DNA of 64,000 bases from Octopus vulgaris (lineage: Eukaryota), in contig OX597836.1 of NCBI GenBank assembly GCA_951406725.2, positions 25,234,001-25,298,000 on the forward strand. The letters run 5' to 3'. The first letter of the stretch is position 1, and every line of letters begins with the position of its first letter. The notes under the pieces are model-generated. The model saw nothing but the letters and a program-made list of their open reading frames with translations, ran no database searches and had not been told where the DNA came from. The position numbers and the translations under genes were made by a program. Of the stretch, positions 37,791 through 53,419 are shown in pieces.

Positions 37791-40700
37791 TGTAACCTAT
37801 GATCAAAGGGTTCCAGACGTGACCATCACCACCTGCACATGGGATAGCCGATCCTTGTTATAGTATGTGCCCTTCCATTTTTCAAGATGGTAGGATGTGA
37901 CTTAAGGGAAACTTGACTACTATTTCTAGTAGGTGAAGCAAACTTGAAGGCATTCTCCTTGTTGGCTCATTTTGCTATGTTATTACTCTGAGTAATTTTG
38001 TGAATAGACCAACCAGTTAAGGAGTAAAACATACTCATTATTACTGGGAGTATTGCAGCCAGTTAAGGAGTAAAATGGGAGTATGAACTACAGGCATTGT
38101 AAATCAGTTTATCTTTTGTTCTGCACTGACTGCCAGTGGGAGCATCAGAAATGCCAGTGTATCACACTGAATGTTTCTCCTTACATTCTGAGACTGAAAT
38201 CCTGCCATGGCCAACACTGCCTTTTGTCTCTTCAATTGATCAATAAAAAAAAGAAGAGAATTACAATAACTTTCAGATACTTAGTGATGGTATTTTAATT
38301 AATTGAACAACTGCCTCCGCCCCTGCAAATCTATGCATTTTGTAGGGGCATAATGTTATCAAACCTTTATTGATTTCATATCAAAAGTTTTATCATCATG
38401 TCTCCAACCTTATGTACATACACACATGCAAGCACACAGGTGCAAAACAAGGTGGAGAAAATAATACTTTGAATACCAAAGGTAGAGTGGAATAGTATTT
38501 GACTGAAGCTGAAAAGATTCCACAGACTGTTAACCAGGGTTTCGCAAAACTGCTCTTCAGACAGTCATGAGTACTGAAAAACAACACAATAGTTTTATAA
38601 GTACCCACGATGGCCAACTCATTGAATAAGCATTTAGTGTTTCAAGTGATTTCTACTAAAAAACCTATGCTGACCAAAGTTTCAAAATAACAGGTATCTG
38701 TTGAATAAAAGCAATTGACTGTAATGGAAAAAAATGTGTATATCTTCTAAAACATAACACAAATCTGATGTTAATTGTACACCCAGTTTTAGCAGCTATT
38801 AGCTTCAATCTAGAATTCTTCTCAAAGGTAGTTTAATAAATACATTAGCATTTTGTTTCCTGTCACTTTATGATAAAATCTTAATCTTAATTTTTGTGTT
38901 GTTTTTTAGGACACTTTCAAAAAATACGAAATATTTCTTTTATATATGCATCAGACTGGGATGACCGTGGCAAATATTATTATTGTTAGAAATTTACTTT
39001 TCAGCCTCCGTTCCTCATTCTGGGTTCTCATAGTACCAAAAAAGGGATGTTCTAAAACTTAGGTCCTGTGTGTGTGTGTAAGCTGTGTGGTTAAGGTGTT
39101 TACTTCTCAGCCATGTCGTACCAGGTTTAGTCCTGCTGTGTAGCCCTTTGAGCAAGTCTCATCTAGTGTGGCCCTACAGTGACCAAAGTTTTGTGAGTGG
39201 ATTTGGGAGACGAAAACTATAAAAGATGTCTGTTGTGTGTGTGTATGTGTGTTTACAGTTGCTGTTTGCTTATAGCAAAAGTCCTGATGTTTGTGAAGTG
39301 TTCCATTGAAATTTTCTCCTGCTTGTTTTATACCTTTGAAGTTCTGTTGTATAAAAGAACCCTTATTTGAAAAAAAAAAAAAGAAAGAAAAACTGGTAAG
39401 GGTTAGCAATGGGAGGGCATTCAACTATAAAAAGATGCCTTGGTAATATATTCATCTAACCTATGTTAACATGAAAAAGGAAACATGTAAAAACAAACGC
39501 ACAAATGAATGTGTGTGTATTGTAGACTGTAAAAGGGAGTTTTTAAGGGTCAGTGCTCAGCTTTAGTGTCTTGATATTCAATAGATCCCTACAAATAATG
39601 TGTGGAAACAGGGTCCCCTGAAATCCTATTCCTACCCCCTCTATACCCCTCTGTGTGTGTGTGTGTGAGTGATTTTTATCAAGTAAATCTCATTGGTTTA
39701 ATATAAACCATGGCTGATGGCACCTTGGTAATAATGATGATAATAATATAGCAGTAGTTTCAAGTTTTGGCACAAGGCCAGCAATTGTGGTGGGAAGGTG
39801 TTGATCAATTGCATTGATCCCAGCACTTGAATGGGACTTAATTTTCTTGACTCTGAAAGGAAGAAAGGCAAAGTTCAACTTTAGAGGTTTTGAATTCAGG
39901 ATGTAAAGAATGAAAGGAAATCCTGCTAGTCATTTTACTGACTGTTCTAATGGTTCTGCTAACTCAACAACAAAAACAAATAAAACAAATAGAAGAATGT
40001 TTCTCGATGTTATTTTGAAACAAATGTCGAGAGAATGAAGTTGGATGACTCACTTTTCTCAGTTATGAGACCTTGTTAGTGAATCATCTGAGAAGCAGGG
40101 GATAATGTGTGGAAGGGACTGTCAAAATTATAGAACTGAAATTGGATATGTGTATATTGGAATATTCGAGTTCCTCTTTCTCAATTTCGTAACTTTGTCC
40201 CATTTTAGAAGTGACTACAGTTGCAGATAAAACACTAATTCTACCAAATTCTTCCACAAGATAAAAAAATAATCTTGTGAGCCTGAAAACATTGAAGTCA
40301 TGTTTTTTGTTTATCATCCTGGAGATCAATACAATTTGGACTGATTAATTATAGGTAGAGCACACCTTATTGGTAGCTAAATTTACCTCTCCAGGCTGAC
40401 AAGCAGTAAAAGCAAGCATGCTGAGTTCAAAAGTTACTGAGGTCTTCTTTGTTATCATTCTAATACTGGTAGTAAATATGATTAGCACAGATTAAATACA
40501 GAAAGAGGGCAGAAATCTATTGTTCCTTCACCAAAGTGCATGATTTGGGACCAAAGTCAGAGATTTGTATTATTGGTAATGGTGCGGGCTTTTCTTACTT
40601 ATTTGTTTATCTATTTTATGTTTATTTTCCTTTTTGCTTTTTTTTTTTTTTAATTAACAGATTCCTTACAAGATTTACTTCTGTTAGAGATTTAGAAACA

Positions 40701-40921
40701 GATGGAAAAATCAAAACAAAGCAAAAAAAAAAAAATTTGAAAAAAAAAAAAACAACCCTTCCATCCATAAAGTTTTCTCTTATTTCAAAAACTTTGTTTT
40801 TGTTTTCGCCAAGAGAAACTTCATAAGGAACTGATGAAATATCTGAAAGAAAAGACTGTAGGTTATATATATATATATTTATATATAATGTGTGTGTGTG
40901 TATGTATATATATATGCATAC

Positions 40922-40954
<33 letters not shown>

Positions 40955-42551
40955 CACACTCACTCACACTTTCTTAATGTTATCTCAGTGTTCATTAATT
41001 GAAGGTGGGTTAATTATCATTCATTAGTTGGTAAACTAAGAAATGGTGAAGCTGACAGTTGTAATGTAGGTTGACTGTTAATCCAATTTTTGAAGAAACA
41101 AATGTGAGTGTGTGTTTATATATATATATATATATTTGCTAGTGTGAATTAAGGTTCCTTTATATAAGAAATTTTCCTCCTATTTTTATTGTTTCCGTTT
41201 AAATTAATTCTCCTTATTCTCTTATGAACTTCGGCTGCCACATTTTCTTTAGACACACACACACCCACGTTAAAATGCATGCATGTGTGTGTGATGGAAA
41301 TAGAGCAGCCAAAGATTAGAGATGCATACTGATTGATTTTTTGAAAAAGAAACATAAAAAAACCCCCCTGAGGTTTATAGGTGAGATGGCCGTAAAGAAC
41401 CTTTGTAGACAAAATCCTAGCATCATGTAACTACAGTCTTGGTTAGGGGTGGTCATATTGGATTAAACGTAGCAAACTTGAACAAAGAGTTGGGGAATTA
41501 AAACAGTGTGAGTTCATTTGTGAGAGTGGATGCAGTGTGATACAGTAACTCTGTAGTTAAACTAACAGACCTTGTCCACAGCTAAGGACATATGTCCTGT
41601 CGGACCCTTTCCTGTCAATCACTGTCCTGTAATCTTTGTAGGGACCAGTGTCAGGGCAATAGGTTTTGTGGGTCTTGGCTAACAATAGAAATCATAATTT
41701 TTATAGTGATAGCATCTGTCTAATTTCTGTAATCCAGCTCAATAGATGTAGTAGGAAATCCTGGGTTCAATTCCACTGGATGTCAGTTTTGCCAAATGTC
41801 TTTTTACAGGTGAATCTATGCCTTGTGGGTAAATCTGCACAGATGGAAACTGTGAAAATCCCATCAGATAGATGAAAGCTGGAATTCAGAGGGTAGATCT
41901 CTGTTACATTGAGTGACATTAGTTCTACTTATAAATTCTCTTAAGGTATACTCAACCACTTACTTGGTGTCTCAATGAGCCAATAGTTCTGTTAATCAAC
42001 TAACTAAAAGCTCTTGGGTAGTAAGTCTAACCAAATTCACTTCAAACTGGCCCAAATTTTCTGTCTTATGTTAAAACCTCTCACACATTCCCTAGAATGT
42101 CACTCTAAAAATAAACAATCACATCTAAAATTTCAAAGCTATGAGATGATGCAGGATTAATTCAAAATAATGCGGATAGATTAGTATTAAACTGGACAGA
42201 ATAATCTGAATACTATAGGGTTAATCCCTGACGGGTTTTAAGTTGGTTTCCCTTTGCAGTACAGAACCAAACGCATCAGCAGTAACACTGTACTTAACTC
42301 CTGCCTCACTTTCTGACTCTTGCAGTTTACATTGGAGAGGTGGACTCCCCACTTGACTTAATAACCATTTCTGTTCGGCTGACTCTCGGAGGCTACTGTA
42401 CAGTTCACTAACAAATCTTCCTGGATCTTTTTGCTGGTCGCTCGTGACATTTTAATATCACCTATTGTGCACTCTTATTAATTTTATCTAATGAAACCAG
42501 AGGACAAAATAGCCAATACATTTTCTCTAGGTTCTTCAGTGCTATTTGCTG

Positions 42552-42583
<32 letters not shown>

Positions 42584-44096
42584 CACCTGTCATGATATTC
42601 TGCTGGGTCAAGGGTGTCTATTTCGTCTCCCTCTTTAACCACATAAAACAAATAAAAGCATGGAACTTGATACCAAGTTAGTCTTACATATGAATAACAG
42701 CTATCATACATACATACCTACACACGCACACACACACATATATATATATTATGTGCACACAGATATATATATATATTACGTGCACACACACGTATGCAAA
42801 ATGAATAAAGTAATGAATGTATATGGTATGATTAACCCATTAGACTATTCCGTCAAATGTAATGCTTATCCATCCAGATTGTTTTGCATTAACCATGCAC
42901 AATCCCAGAGCTTTGAGATTTCATTCATATGATTCATTCAATTTTAGAATGATGTTGTAGAATAAGTTTGTCAGGCTAATTCTGGCCAGTTTGAGCATAA
43001 AACAGGAAAAGGTTAAAAGCAGGAAGTTTAAAATGAAGTCATTGGATAGACAGTAACATGTTTATAATTACAATTCTCATATTTCTTGTTATTTATGTGC
43101 ATGTGTGGTATTTGTTCCAGCCCTCTTGGAGTCGGTTCAAATTCTGCTGAAATATTTAACTTTGCTTTTAAATAGTGTATTTTTAAAAAATTATTTTTGT
43201 AACAGGAGGTGGTAGTTGTTGATAAAGTAAATTATTTGTCAAGTCTTGGGAGGTTAGCAGAGTGTTTTAAAGTTAGGGATGAGTTACATTGTATTGTTTA
43301 TGTCCAGCCATTTGTGTTGTGGATTCTGAGTTCTGATATACCATCTCCTGCTCTGTTTAACATCTCTTTGTCCTTGGATCCCTTCAACAGATCTCGCTAT
43401 ATTGCAGTCATTTGGGCCAAGTTTTAGGGTTCCTGAGCAAAGCGCAATGTTCAAGCTCACTGTTCTCTTGTCTCTCACTAAATGGTGAAAAACAACAAAA
43501 TAACTCTTTGTTCATCTTATTAGCTCTGAATGATTATGAAAACTTTAGGATATATATATATATATACATATACAGTTCTCTTTATGAGTGTTTAACTTTT
43601 TATTTTTAACATTTTGGTAAAATTTGACAATTATTATTTGTTTTGGTTTGGTATACTACAAAATATAAAAATTCAATTGAAATTATTTTTTTATATAGCC
43701 ATGGTTGGTTCCTAATTAGAAACAAAACTAAACAAATATATATAACTAAGTGGATGTATGAAAACTTTCACACACCCTTGTTATAGTATAATTACTGCTC
43801 CCTTCACTACCATATTTGACAAAAATTGCTTTCTCCCAGCTTAGGGAGAAAGCCTGTAGGTAAGGGAGGAAAACAATTTAGTTAATGGTCTATTAATTAA
43901 TGAATGAATTGATTATTACTGGGATAGTTTTCATAATGTTGGCTTAGTTCATTAAACAAGTTTGGAATCCTGTTTGTAAATTTGTGTTTTATTTACTAGA
44001 ATGCCTATTTTGTTCTCATTTATTAGGTTTGGTCATGCAAACAGGAAAACAGAACTCAAAACATGAGTTTGTGTATTTTATTTTGAATAATTAGTA

Positions 44097-44450
44097 TAAG
44101 GCAGTGAGCTGGCAGAACTGTTGGCAAACCAGGCCAAATGCTTAGTGGCATTTCGTCTGTCCTTACATTCTGAGTTCAAATCTCACTGGGGTTAACTTTT
44201 GCCTTTCGTCCTTTTCAGATCAATAAAATAAGTACCAGTTGAATTCTGGGGTCTATGCAATCATCTTAACCCCCTCTCCCAAAATTACTGACCTTGTGTT
44301 CAAATTTAAAGCCCTTATTATTAAAGTGGTGAGCTGGAAGAATTGTTAGCATGCCAGGCAAAATGCTTTGTGGCACTTTGTCTGTCTTTATGTTCTGAGT
44401 TCAAATCCCACTGAGGCTAACTTTGTCTTTCATCCTTTTGGGGTCAATAA
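44097..44450 (+). mobile_element. Two SINE family B copies
   Basis: Family B motifs. Confidence 0.8.
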
Positions 44451-44508
44451 TCAACAATTACAGAGCAACATGAAGGCGAAGAATTTTTATTTATTATTTC
44501 TATATAAA

Positions 44509-44905
44509 GGCGTAGGAGTGGCTGTGTGGTAAGTAGCTTGCTTACCAACCACATGGTTCCAGGTTCAGTCCCACTGTGACACCTTGGGCAAGTGTCTTCT
44601 ACTATAGCCTCGGGCCGATCAAAGCCTTGTGAGTGGATTTGGTAGACGGAAACTGAAAGAAGCCTGTTGTATATATATGTATGTATGTGATTATGTTTGT
44701 GTGTCTGTGTTTGTCCCCCCCAACATTGCTTGACAACCGATGCTGGTGTGTTTATGTCCCTGTAACTTAGCGGTTCGGCAAAAGAGACTGATAAAATAAG
44801 TACTAGGCTTACAAAGTATAAGTACTGGGGTCGATTTGCTCAACTTAAGAGCGGTACTCCAGCATGGCCACAGTCAAGTGACTGAAACAAGTAAAAGAGT
44901 AAAGG
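44509..44905 (+). mobile_element. SINE family A, full length
   Basis: ggcgtaggagtggctgtgtggtaag...gactgaaacaagtaaaagag. Confidence 0.9.
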
Positions 44906-47258
44906 ATTTAACTGTTAGCCATAGTGGGGTTTTTTTAAGGTCCCCTCAGAAGTGCTCTTTAGAATTAACGAGTGTAGAACAGAGGCTGGGTTTGTTTGTT
45001 AGGGCCAAAAAAGAAAAAAAAAAGTTGGTTATTAGGTGCAAGTCCAATGATAATTAGATTTGCTGAAGATAATTAGTTACTCTTGTAATTTACATATCCT
45101 AACTTTATGTTCTTGTGTTTGGTGTTTGTCTGTTCTTGGAACTGACCATTCAGACAGGAATTGCCTGGAGTTGGTGAAGCATTGAGTGGATGCACATGTG
45201 TTATGGTCTTCAGAATTTACCAAGAGCAACTTTCTGCCTTTCATTATTCCTGACTACTGCCATGTATACACACACACACATACACCTGCTGTATGGGAAA
45301 CTAACAATAAAATGTGGGCTAACATACTAACTGTAATAAATTTAGCTATGTTAACTAATCAACACTTCATCTCTAATGAAAAGAATCATTTATTATCTAA
45401 ATGAGTAACTCTTGTAAAAAAAACATTGGGGAGACAACCCTAGAATTTGTGTTGAACCTAATAGAAAATAGAGTGCTGTAGAGAATTAATAGGATCTTTA
45501 TACAATATGGTGATAATTATGAACATGTTTCAACCTTATTAAACCTTTTCAGTAAAGTAGGGTCTATTTAACCATTACAGCAGATCTTAGATGATCTTAG
45601 AAATATAGAAGAGTTTTATGGATGAACACAGTGTTGCATGTTATAGTCGATTCAATCATGTATTGTTACTCATGGAAGTTTGTCCCTTCTGTATATCTTT
45701 CTTTCACCTAGTCAAAGTATACCAGTAATAAACCACTTCAACAAGGATTTCGGGAGCTATCTGATTGATTAAAACCCACCAAGGTGATGCCATGGCATGG
45801 CCACAGTCCAATGACCTGAAACAAAATAAAAAGGACTATCTGTCCTCTCTCTCGATGTCTATCTATCTATCTATCTATCTGCCCATTCATTTGTCTGTCT
45901 ATCTGACCATTCACCTGTCTATCTATCTATCTATCTATCTATCTATCGATCTCTTTTTATCCATTCATCTATCTATCTATCTATCCACACACACACACAC
46001 ACCAATATCTGTTTTTGATTTACAAAGGAATTAAGAAATATTATTAAACACAAACACTTGTAGATGTTTTACTAAATCATCACAAGTGTTCATTATAAAT
46101 TATGCTTTGACAAACTGAATTTGCAAGCCAGGCTCCATGTTATCTTGCTCAATATGCTCTCTCTCTCTCTCCCCACTCCCACCCACATGATATCCTTACA
46201 AAATGTAGCAATACCAAAATCATCTGCTGTTTCTTGCTCCCACTTCTCTTTGATGTCAGTGAGGGCGAACCTCCCGTGTTTATCAACACTTCTCATTAGG
46301 AAAATATTAATTAAATTTATTGGGTTCATGTTTTAAAATTACAGAAAACAAATATCTGTTTGAAGAATGAAAATTATGACGAAATTAAAGTAATTCTTTT
46401 TATGGAGTGGTGGATCTTGAAATAGATAAAGCTATAAATAACAGCATGTAAATGCTGGGTTAAAAATCCCTATTTACACCCTATTATTTACAGCTTTATG
46501 TAACCCTTTAGCCTTCAGGTTATTCTGTCAAATGTAATGCTTGTTTATTTACATTCTTTTAAATTAATCGTGCATTGTCTTGTGGCTTCAAGACTTCAAT
46601 AATTTGTTTGTTTATTTTTAGAATGACATTGTAAGGTAGGTATGAGAGGTTAGATCTGGTTTATTTGAACATAAGACAGAACAATTGAGCCAGATGTAGG
46701 GGTTGGTTTAAATATTAAAAGTTTGGTAGTGAGCTGGCAGAGACATTAGCACATTGGACAAAATACGCGACTGCATCTTTTCCAGCTTTACGTTTTGAGT
46801 TCAAATCCTGACAATGTTGACTCTGCCTTTCAAACTTTCAGAGTCAGGAAAATAATTACCAGTCGATTACTGTGGATGGTGGAACCAATTAACCTCTCGC
46901 TCAAAATCTCAGAAATTATTAATAATAGCTTTTTTTTGCTTTGAGATCCACTATTCCAGAAAACAAATTTCTCTCTTCACTTGAAGTTAAAAGTTCTCAT
47001 AATGAAATTCTTGTTCATATGCCCCCCCCTCCCCCTGATTTTTCCGATTTTCCTAGTTGAGACTTACTCTTTCTAAGCAAGTTTTATGGTGTGTTTTTGC
47101 GTTGTTATACTTTTTAACCCCAGTATTTCATTCACCATTCTTTTGGGCTAAAAATAATGATTGCTGAAAAAATCTTTTTACACACACACATACATATGCA
47201 AATATATAAATATATATGTATATGTATATATATATGTATATATATGTATATATATACA

Positions 47259-47303
<45 letters not shown>

Positions 47304-47548
47304 GTGTGTATATATATATATACATATATATATACTGTAGTGATACAGAGAAATGTGTTTCTTTTGTGTGCTTGTGTGTGTGTATGTCTGTATGTATGTA
47401 CAATAGAAATAAGAAAATAATATGGAGACAGAACTGTATAAAATGGACAAATAAAGATGTGTGTTTTTTATATATTGTAATTATCATTGATTTTTTTAAT
47501 ATTATTATTGTTACTATTATTATTATTATTATTATTATTATTTTTTGT

Positions 47549-48800
47549 TAAGGCAGTGAGCTGGTGAATTGTTAGCATGCTGGATCAAATGCCTAGTGGT
47601 ATTTCACCTGTCACTACATCCCGAGTTTAAATTCCACCGAGGATGACTTTGCCTTTCATCTTTTCGGGGGGGGTGGGTCGATAAAATAAGTACCAGTTGA
47701 ATACTGGGGTCACTGTAATCCACTAGCCCCCTCCCCTCAGATTTCAAGTCTTGGGCCTATAACAGAAAGGGTTATTATTACTATTATTTGTTAAGGCTGC
47801 AAATTGGCAGAATCATTAGCACACGGATGTAACGCTTAGTGGCATTTGGCCTGTCTTTACCTTTCATTGTTGCAGGGTCAAGGATATAAGTACCAATTGA
47901 ACAGTGGGGTCGATGTGATCAACTGGCAGCTCCCCTAAAATTTCAGGCCTTGTGCTTATTATTATTGTAACTATTAAGGGTGTGAGCTGGCAGAATCGTT
48001 AGCACGCTGGGCAAAATGCTTAGCAGCATTTTGTCTGTCTTTACGTTCTGAGTTCAAATTCCACCAAGGTTGACTTTGCTTTACATCCTTTTAGTGGGGT
48101 CAATAAATTAAGTATCAGTTATGCACTGGGGTTGATGTAATCAACTTAACCCCTTCCCTGAACTTACAGGTCTTGTTCCAAAATTTGAAACTTATTATTA
48201 TTTTCAGTGGATGGGTGGGAGAATACCTTAGAAGGTGGGGTGATAAGATAAAATACTAGTCAAGTACTGGGGTCAATGTCCTTGAGGGACCCCTGCCCTT
48301 AAAATCATTGGCTTTGTACCTAAATTAGAAACAAATATTATTCTAATGATTCTCTTGCGGTGGCAAGTTGGCAGAAGTGTTTACATGCTGGACAAAATTC
48401 TTTGTGGAAATTTGTCTGTCTTCACGTTCTGAGTTCAAATTCCACTGAGGTCGACTTTACCAGTCATCCTTTCAAGGTTGATTAAATAAGCACCAGTGAA
48501 GCCCTGGGGTCAATGAGACTGACTTATCCCGCCACCAAATTTCAGGCCTTGTGCCTGCAGTAGAAAGGAATTTTACAATTATTCTAAGTGGGTGGGTCAT
48601 AGATGTGGGAGACTGTTGAACAAATAAATTTGTGTTATTTAGGTAAACCTCTAGATTCTGGGTTCAAATTCTGTCAGAATCAACACTCTTTTTCATCTGT
48701 TTGGGGTGGAGTGGATCAAAAAAATTTGTAGCAGTCAAATACTGGGGTTTTATAGAATTGACTGTGCCTTTCCCTAATATTTCTGGCCTTGCGCCTAAGT
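47549..48800 (+). mobile_element. Cluster of ~5-6 SINE family B copies
   Basis: Head-to-tail copies separated by ATT repeats. Confidence 0.85.
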
Positions 48801-49891
48801 AATATCATTTCTAGAAAGTTCCATGGTAGATCAGATAATTGACTTTTAGATGTTGGGGAGCAAGTGTCAGCTTATATGGCAGGTCTTTAATCTTGTCTAA
48901 GACCTATGGGGCAAAGCTCTATAAAATCCCTTTCCCCTGACTAGTTTCATGGCCATACAAGATGTTGTTGTTGTTGTTGTTATTGTCATTGTTGTTGTTG
49001 CTGTTATAGTAGTAAAGACCCTATTGGCTAACACCATGATGAATTTATCAACCCTTCCCCGTTCACTCTCTGCACCCCACCCCATCACCTGATGATGCTA
49101 AGGCTAATTAAAGCCTACTTAAGAAACCTCCACCACCACTATCATCATTATCATCATCATCATCATCATCATTATCATGTTCATGATCATCATTATTTTT
49201 GCCAAGAGTGGCAGACATGGGTAGAGCACCAGACTAGATGCTTCGCAGCATTTAGTACCGTCCCTTGACTTTTTCTGATTTCAGATCACATCAGGGCTAA
49301 ACGTTTTGTCTTTCATCCCAATGGGGGGGTCGGGTTGGAAGGTGGTAGTGGTGGGGGTGGGTGGGTGTTGGGATTGATAAGTTACGAATACCAGTCATAT
49401 CACTGGGTTCAAATTAATTGACCTGATCCTTTTTTTTTTGGCCCCTCCTCCTTTTTTTCCCTTACAAATGCCTGGCCTTATGCCATTGTCAGAAATCAAT
49501 ATTATTGTCTTTGTGGCGTCTCCTCATCCAGCGCCTTTGTGGCACATAACTTACTATTATTACTATTATTATTATTATTATTATTTATTTTTTTTTATTT
49601 TTTCAAATCTATTTGGTATCCCTGTGTATACCTCAGTGTCTAATTGTCTGAGGTGTGTGTTTCTTTTTTTTTATTTTTAATAATTTTTTTTTTCTGTTTG
49701 TGTTATTTCTATATCATCTACGGAACATTGTGTTGGAGCAAAGATATAGAGAACGTTCTTGAACAAACAATTATATATGTACGGGGTTTACACATCATCT
49801 CACTCAAATAAGAAGTAAATAAAAAAAACAAAACAAAAGAATATTAATAAAGAAGAGAAAAAATACTACGACGATAAATAATTATGACTTT

Positions 49892-49930
<39 letters not shown>

Positions 49931-50099
49931 TTCTTCAGATTGTTTAATATTGTTCTTAATATGTACATAAAGCACAGGAATGGTTGTGTGGTTAAGGAAT
50001 CGATTTTCCAATTGCATGGTTTTGGGTTCAGACCCATTGTGCTGCACCTTGGGCAAGTGACTTTTGCTATAGTTCCAGGTCAACCAAAGCCTTGTGAAA

Positions 50100-50232
50100 T
50101 TGAATGGACAGGCTGGTTCAATCAGTATGCCAATTTGATTTTCCTTGTCTTTTATCGTAATATCTGGTTCATTATGGTCCATCTTGTCTATATGAATGGG
50201 AAAATCCCACAGAATCTTGCATGTTTCCCATT
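50100..50232 (-). mobile_element. R4/Dong-like endonuclease fragment
   Basis: KILWDFPIHIDKMDHNEPDITIKDKEN. Confidence 0.7.
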
Positions 50233-50889
50233 CAGGTAAACGGAAATTAAGTAGGAGGAAAGGCAAATTCGTTTGCAGCAGACACGGCCCAAGGAATTTT
50301 TTTGAAGGGAAGGCACAAGGTCAGGAGTGAATTCAGTTCCAGGAGAAAAGGGCATAATAACATTATTAGAAGGACGCACTTCTTTCCTTGAGGGGGCCAC
50401 ATGCCCCTCAGGCCTCCCGCCTTTGTGCAGTCTGATGACCGGGAATGTGAAATGTGAAAAATTAGATGAGTTGCCATCTGTCAAAACCAAAAAACAAAAA
50501 CAAACAGTTCTCATCTTTGGCATTGAACTGTTTTGAAGTTCTCTCCTTGTACCTACACGTCACTACACATGATCACATACACATACACATATGCATACAT
50601 ACTCAGACACACAAGTGCTCCTGCGCACAAACATTTGTTGTTTGCCTTTGCTCAGGTGATAAGGATACACAATACTCATTGCCAAGGGTCGAGAGTTTAA
50701 GATATTACAGCTGATACCTCACAGCTAGTTATTTGAATTGGATACGTTCATGCACATATGCAGTGCGTGTGTGTGTGTGTATTCATGAGTATTAATACCA
50801 AAAGGTAATTTTAATACCCAACTGAACGTGGATGTCTTGTAAGAACATCAAATACTGTGATATTAGCCTTGAGAGATCCTCTTTTATAG

Positions 50890-51335
50890 GCACTTGGTGC
50901 GTAAAAGCTTCAACTTTCATGATACTTTGTTTCATGTAGGGAGACCACAGTGGGCAACAGTATTCAAGGTGGGGTCGGGCAAAAGTAGAGAAGAGAAGGA
51001 TAATAGTGTGGATATCTCTCGACTGAGAATCCAGGAACATGTTCTGTGGGCCATGTCAACTTTGCTGTTTATATGAGCAGCCCAGCTCATGATGTTGTCC
51101 ACAGTTACTCCCAAGTCTCTGATGTTGTTGGATGCCATGAGAATTTCACCCGAAGGAAGGGAGTATGGGAGTTTCAGGTTATCTTCTTTTCTGAAGTGGA
51201 TTAACTCAAATTTGTCCTCGTTCAATCACATATTCTTTTCTGCTCATTGGATGACAGCCAGTAGATCTCACTCAAGGTATGCCCAATCCCCCACTTCATT
51301 GATGACCTTCTGGATCTTGGAATCATCTGCAAATG
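50890..51335 (-). mobile_element. CR1/L2-like LINE reverse-transcriptase fragment
   Basis: FADDSKI, RDLGVTVD and RPHLEYCCPLWSPY motifs with stops and frameshifts; abuts the Tc1 terminus. Confidence 0.85.
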
Positions 51336-51345
51336 AACATATATA

Positions 51346-52500
51346 CAGGGGTTGGACAAAATAATGGAAACGCTTCAAAATTTCAAACAAATTAATTTTA
51401 ATATGGAGTAGGACCACTTTTGGCAGTAATTACAACCTGAATTCTACGAGGTATGGACTCGTACAAAGTTTGAAGTGTTTCCAAAAGAATTTTTATCCCT
51501 TCTTCAGCTAAAACAGTCTCCAGTTCTTGTAGTTATGATGGTGGAGGATATCGACTCCTTACATGTTTTTCTAAAATGTACTATAAATGATCAATAATAT
51601 TGAGTTCTGGGGACTGTGGTGGCCATATAAGATGTTGAACTTCACTAGAATGTTCCTCATGCCATTCAGTAACAACTTAAGCTGTGTGAATTGGTGTATT
51701 ATCATCCTGAAAGATTGTGTTTCCCTCAGAAACAGTTCCTCAAACATAGGATGCATTTGATCAGATAAAATGCTTAAATAGTCTTGACTATTAATTCTGC
51801 CATGAAGAGAAACCATTGAGCCGGCGGATTTCCAAGATGTAGCCTCCCACCCCCAGATCATCACAGATCCTCCTCCATGTTTAACAGTTGGAAGAAGACA
51901 GTCTGGGTCAAATGCTTCTTTTGGCTGTCTCCACACATATTGGTTGGAAATAATGTAAAGGATGACTCATCTGAGAAAATAACATTCTTCCACTGCTCTA
52001 GGGACCAGTTCTGTAGGTTTTTACTCCATTCTAAATGCTTTGCAACGTTGAAAGTAGTGGTTTTCTGATTGCAGCTCTCCTGTGAAATCTGGCTTTCTGC
52101 AGCTTCTGGCGAACAGTTTTTGTTAAACTGGATTCTTGAGGTGGTCATTAAGCTCTGCAGTAATTTGGGAGCTGTACTTTTGTGATCCTTTCTAACAATT
52201 CGAGTAAGTGTCCGACGGTCCCTATCTGAAAGCTTTGGTTTTCTTCTGGCATCTTGTTTCGACGAGGAGGTTTTTCCCTCTTTCTCAAAAGCTGTCATTA
52301 CTTTCGAGAGAGTACTTCTTGGTACACCAAACATTTTGGCTGTTTTCATTACGCTAGCGCCTGCCATACGAGCACCAACAATTTGATCTCTTTGAAAGTC
52401 TGATAGATCTGTCATTTTAATGAATTTTAATTACCTTTTTGCTGATTGTATCTGAAAAGAAACAGTAATTTTAGCAAAACATATTAAACAACACTAATAA
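51346..52500 (-). mobile_element. Decayed Tc1-like DNA transposon
   Basis: Frameshifted transposase: MTDLSDFQRDQIVGAR HTH, WKNVIFSDESSF, PTVKHGGGSVMIWG, SPELNII. TA|CAGGGGTTGGACAAAATAATGGAAAC terminus; the other end is lost near a SINE. Confidence 0.9.
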
Positions 52501-52581
52501 TAGATAAAAAAAATCATACCCTAGCAAAAATATTAAACAACACTAATAATAAATTAAAAAAAAATCATACCTAGAGTATAT

Positions 52582-52988
52582 GCGCAGGAGTGGCTGTGTG
52601 GTAAGTAGCTTGTTTACCAACCACATGGTTCCGGGTTCAGTCCCACTGTGACACCTTGGGCAAGTGTCTTCTGCTATAGCCTCGGGCCGACCAAAGCCTT
52701 GTGAGTGGATTTGGTAGACGGAAACTGAAAGAAACCCGTCGTATATATGTATATATATATATATATATATGCGTGTGTGTGTTTGTGTGTCTGTGTTTGC
52801 CCCCTAGCATTGCTTGACAACCGATGCTGGTGTGTTTATGTCCCTGTTACTTAGTGGTTCAGCAAAAGAGACCGATAGAATAAGTACTGGGCTTACAAAA
52901 GAATAAGTCCCAGGGTCGAGTTGCTCGATTAAAGGCCGTGCTCCAGCATGGCCGCAGTCAAATGACTGAAACAAGCAAAAGAGAGTAA
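52582..52988 (+). mobile_element. SINE family A, full length
   Basis: Same head and tail as 44509-44905. Confidence 0.9.
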
Positions 52989-53419
52989 ACCAAGAGGAGA
53001 GTGGACTTTTCTTCACATCCAAACCTTTTTTATTGAAAGGTTTTCTACAGCACATACAACACTGGCCTACATATGTTTCCACTGCAGCAACTGCACAATG
53101 TTCTATGCAATTATACATCCTAGTCGCTGCAGTTTCATCAAGGGTCCGTGAACTAATTCAAACAAGCTTCCTGCGTTAGTATTCAGTTGCAGGTGATAGC
53201 GTTACTGTTCAAATCCAAAGGAACTCTGCTCTTTTAATCACCTCTCCTGCTATGACAGTGCTTCAAAAATGTTTATATATTACAATTAATTGTAGCAATT
53301 TTGTTTACAGTTTACCATGTGGAGTACATTAACTTAATTCTGAGGCACTTCACTTATGTTGGGTTTATAACCGCAATTAATATTATTGTTATTATTATTA
53401 TTAATAGTAGTATTTGTAT

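Noticed and set aside
49087-49130. CTGATGA...GAAAC hammerhead candidate
   Set aside because: No stem III, cleavage triplet or stem I partner after GAAAC.
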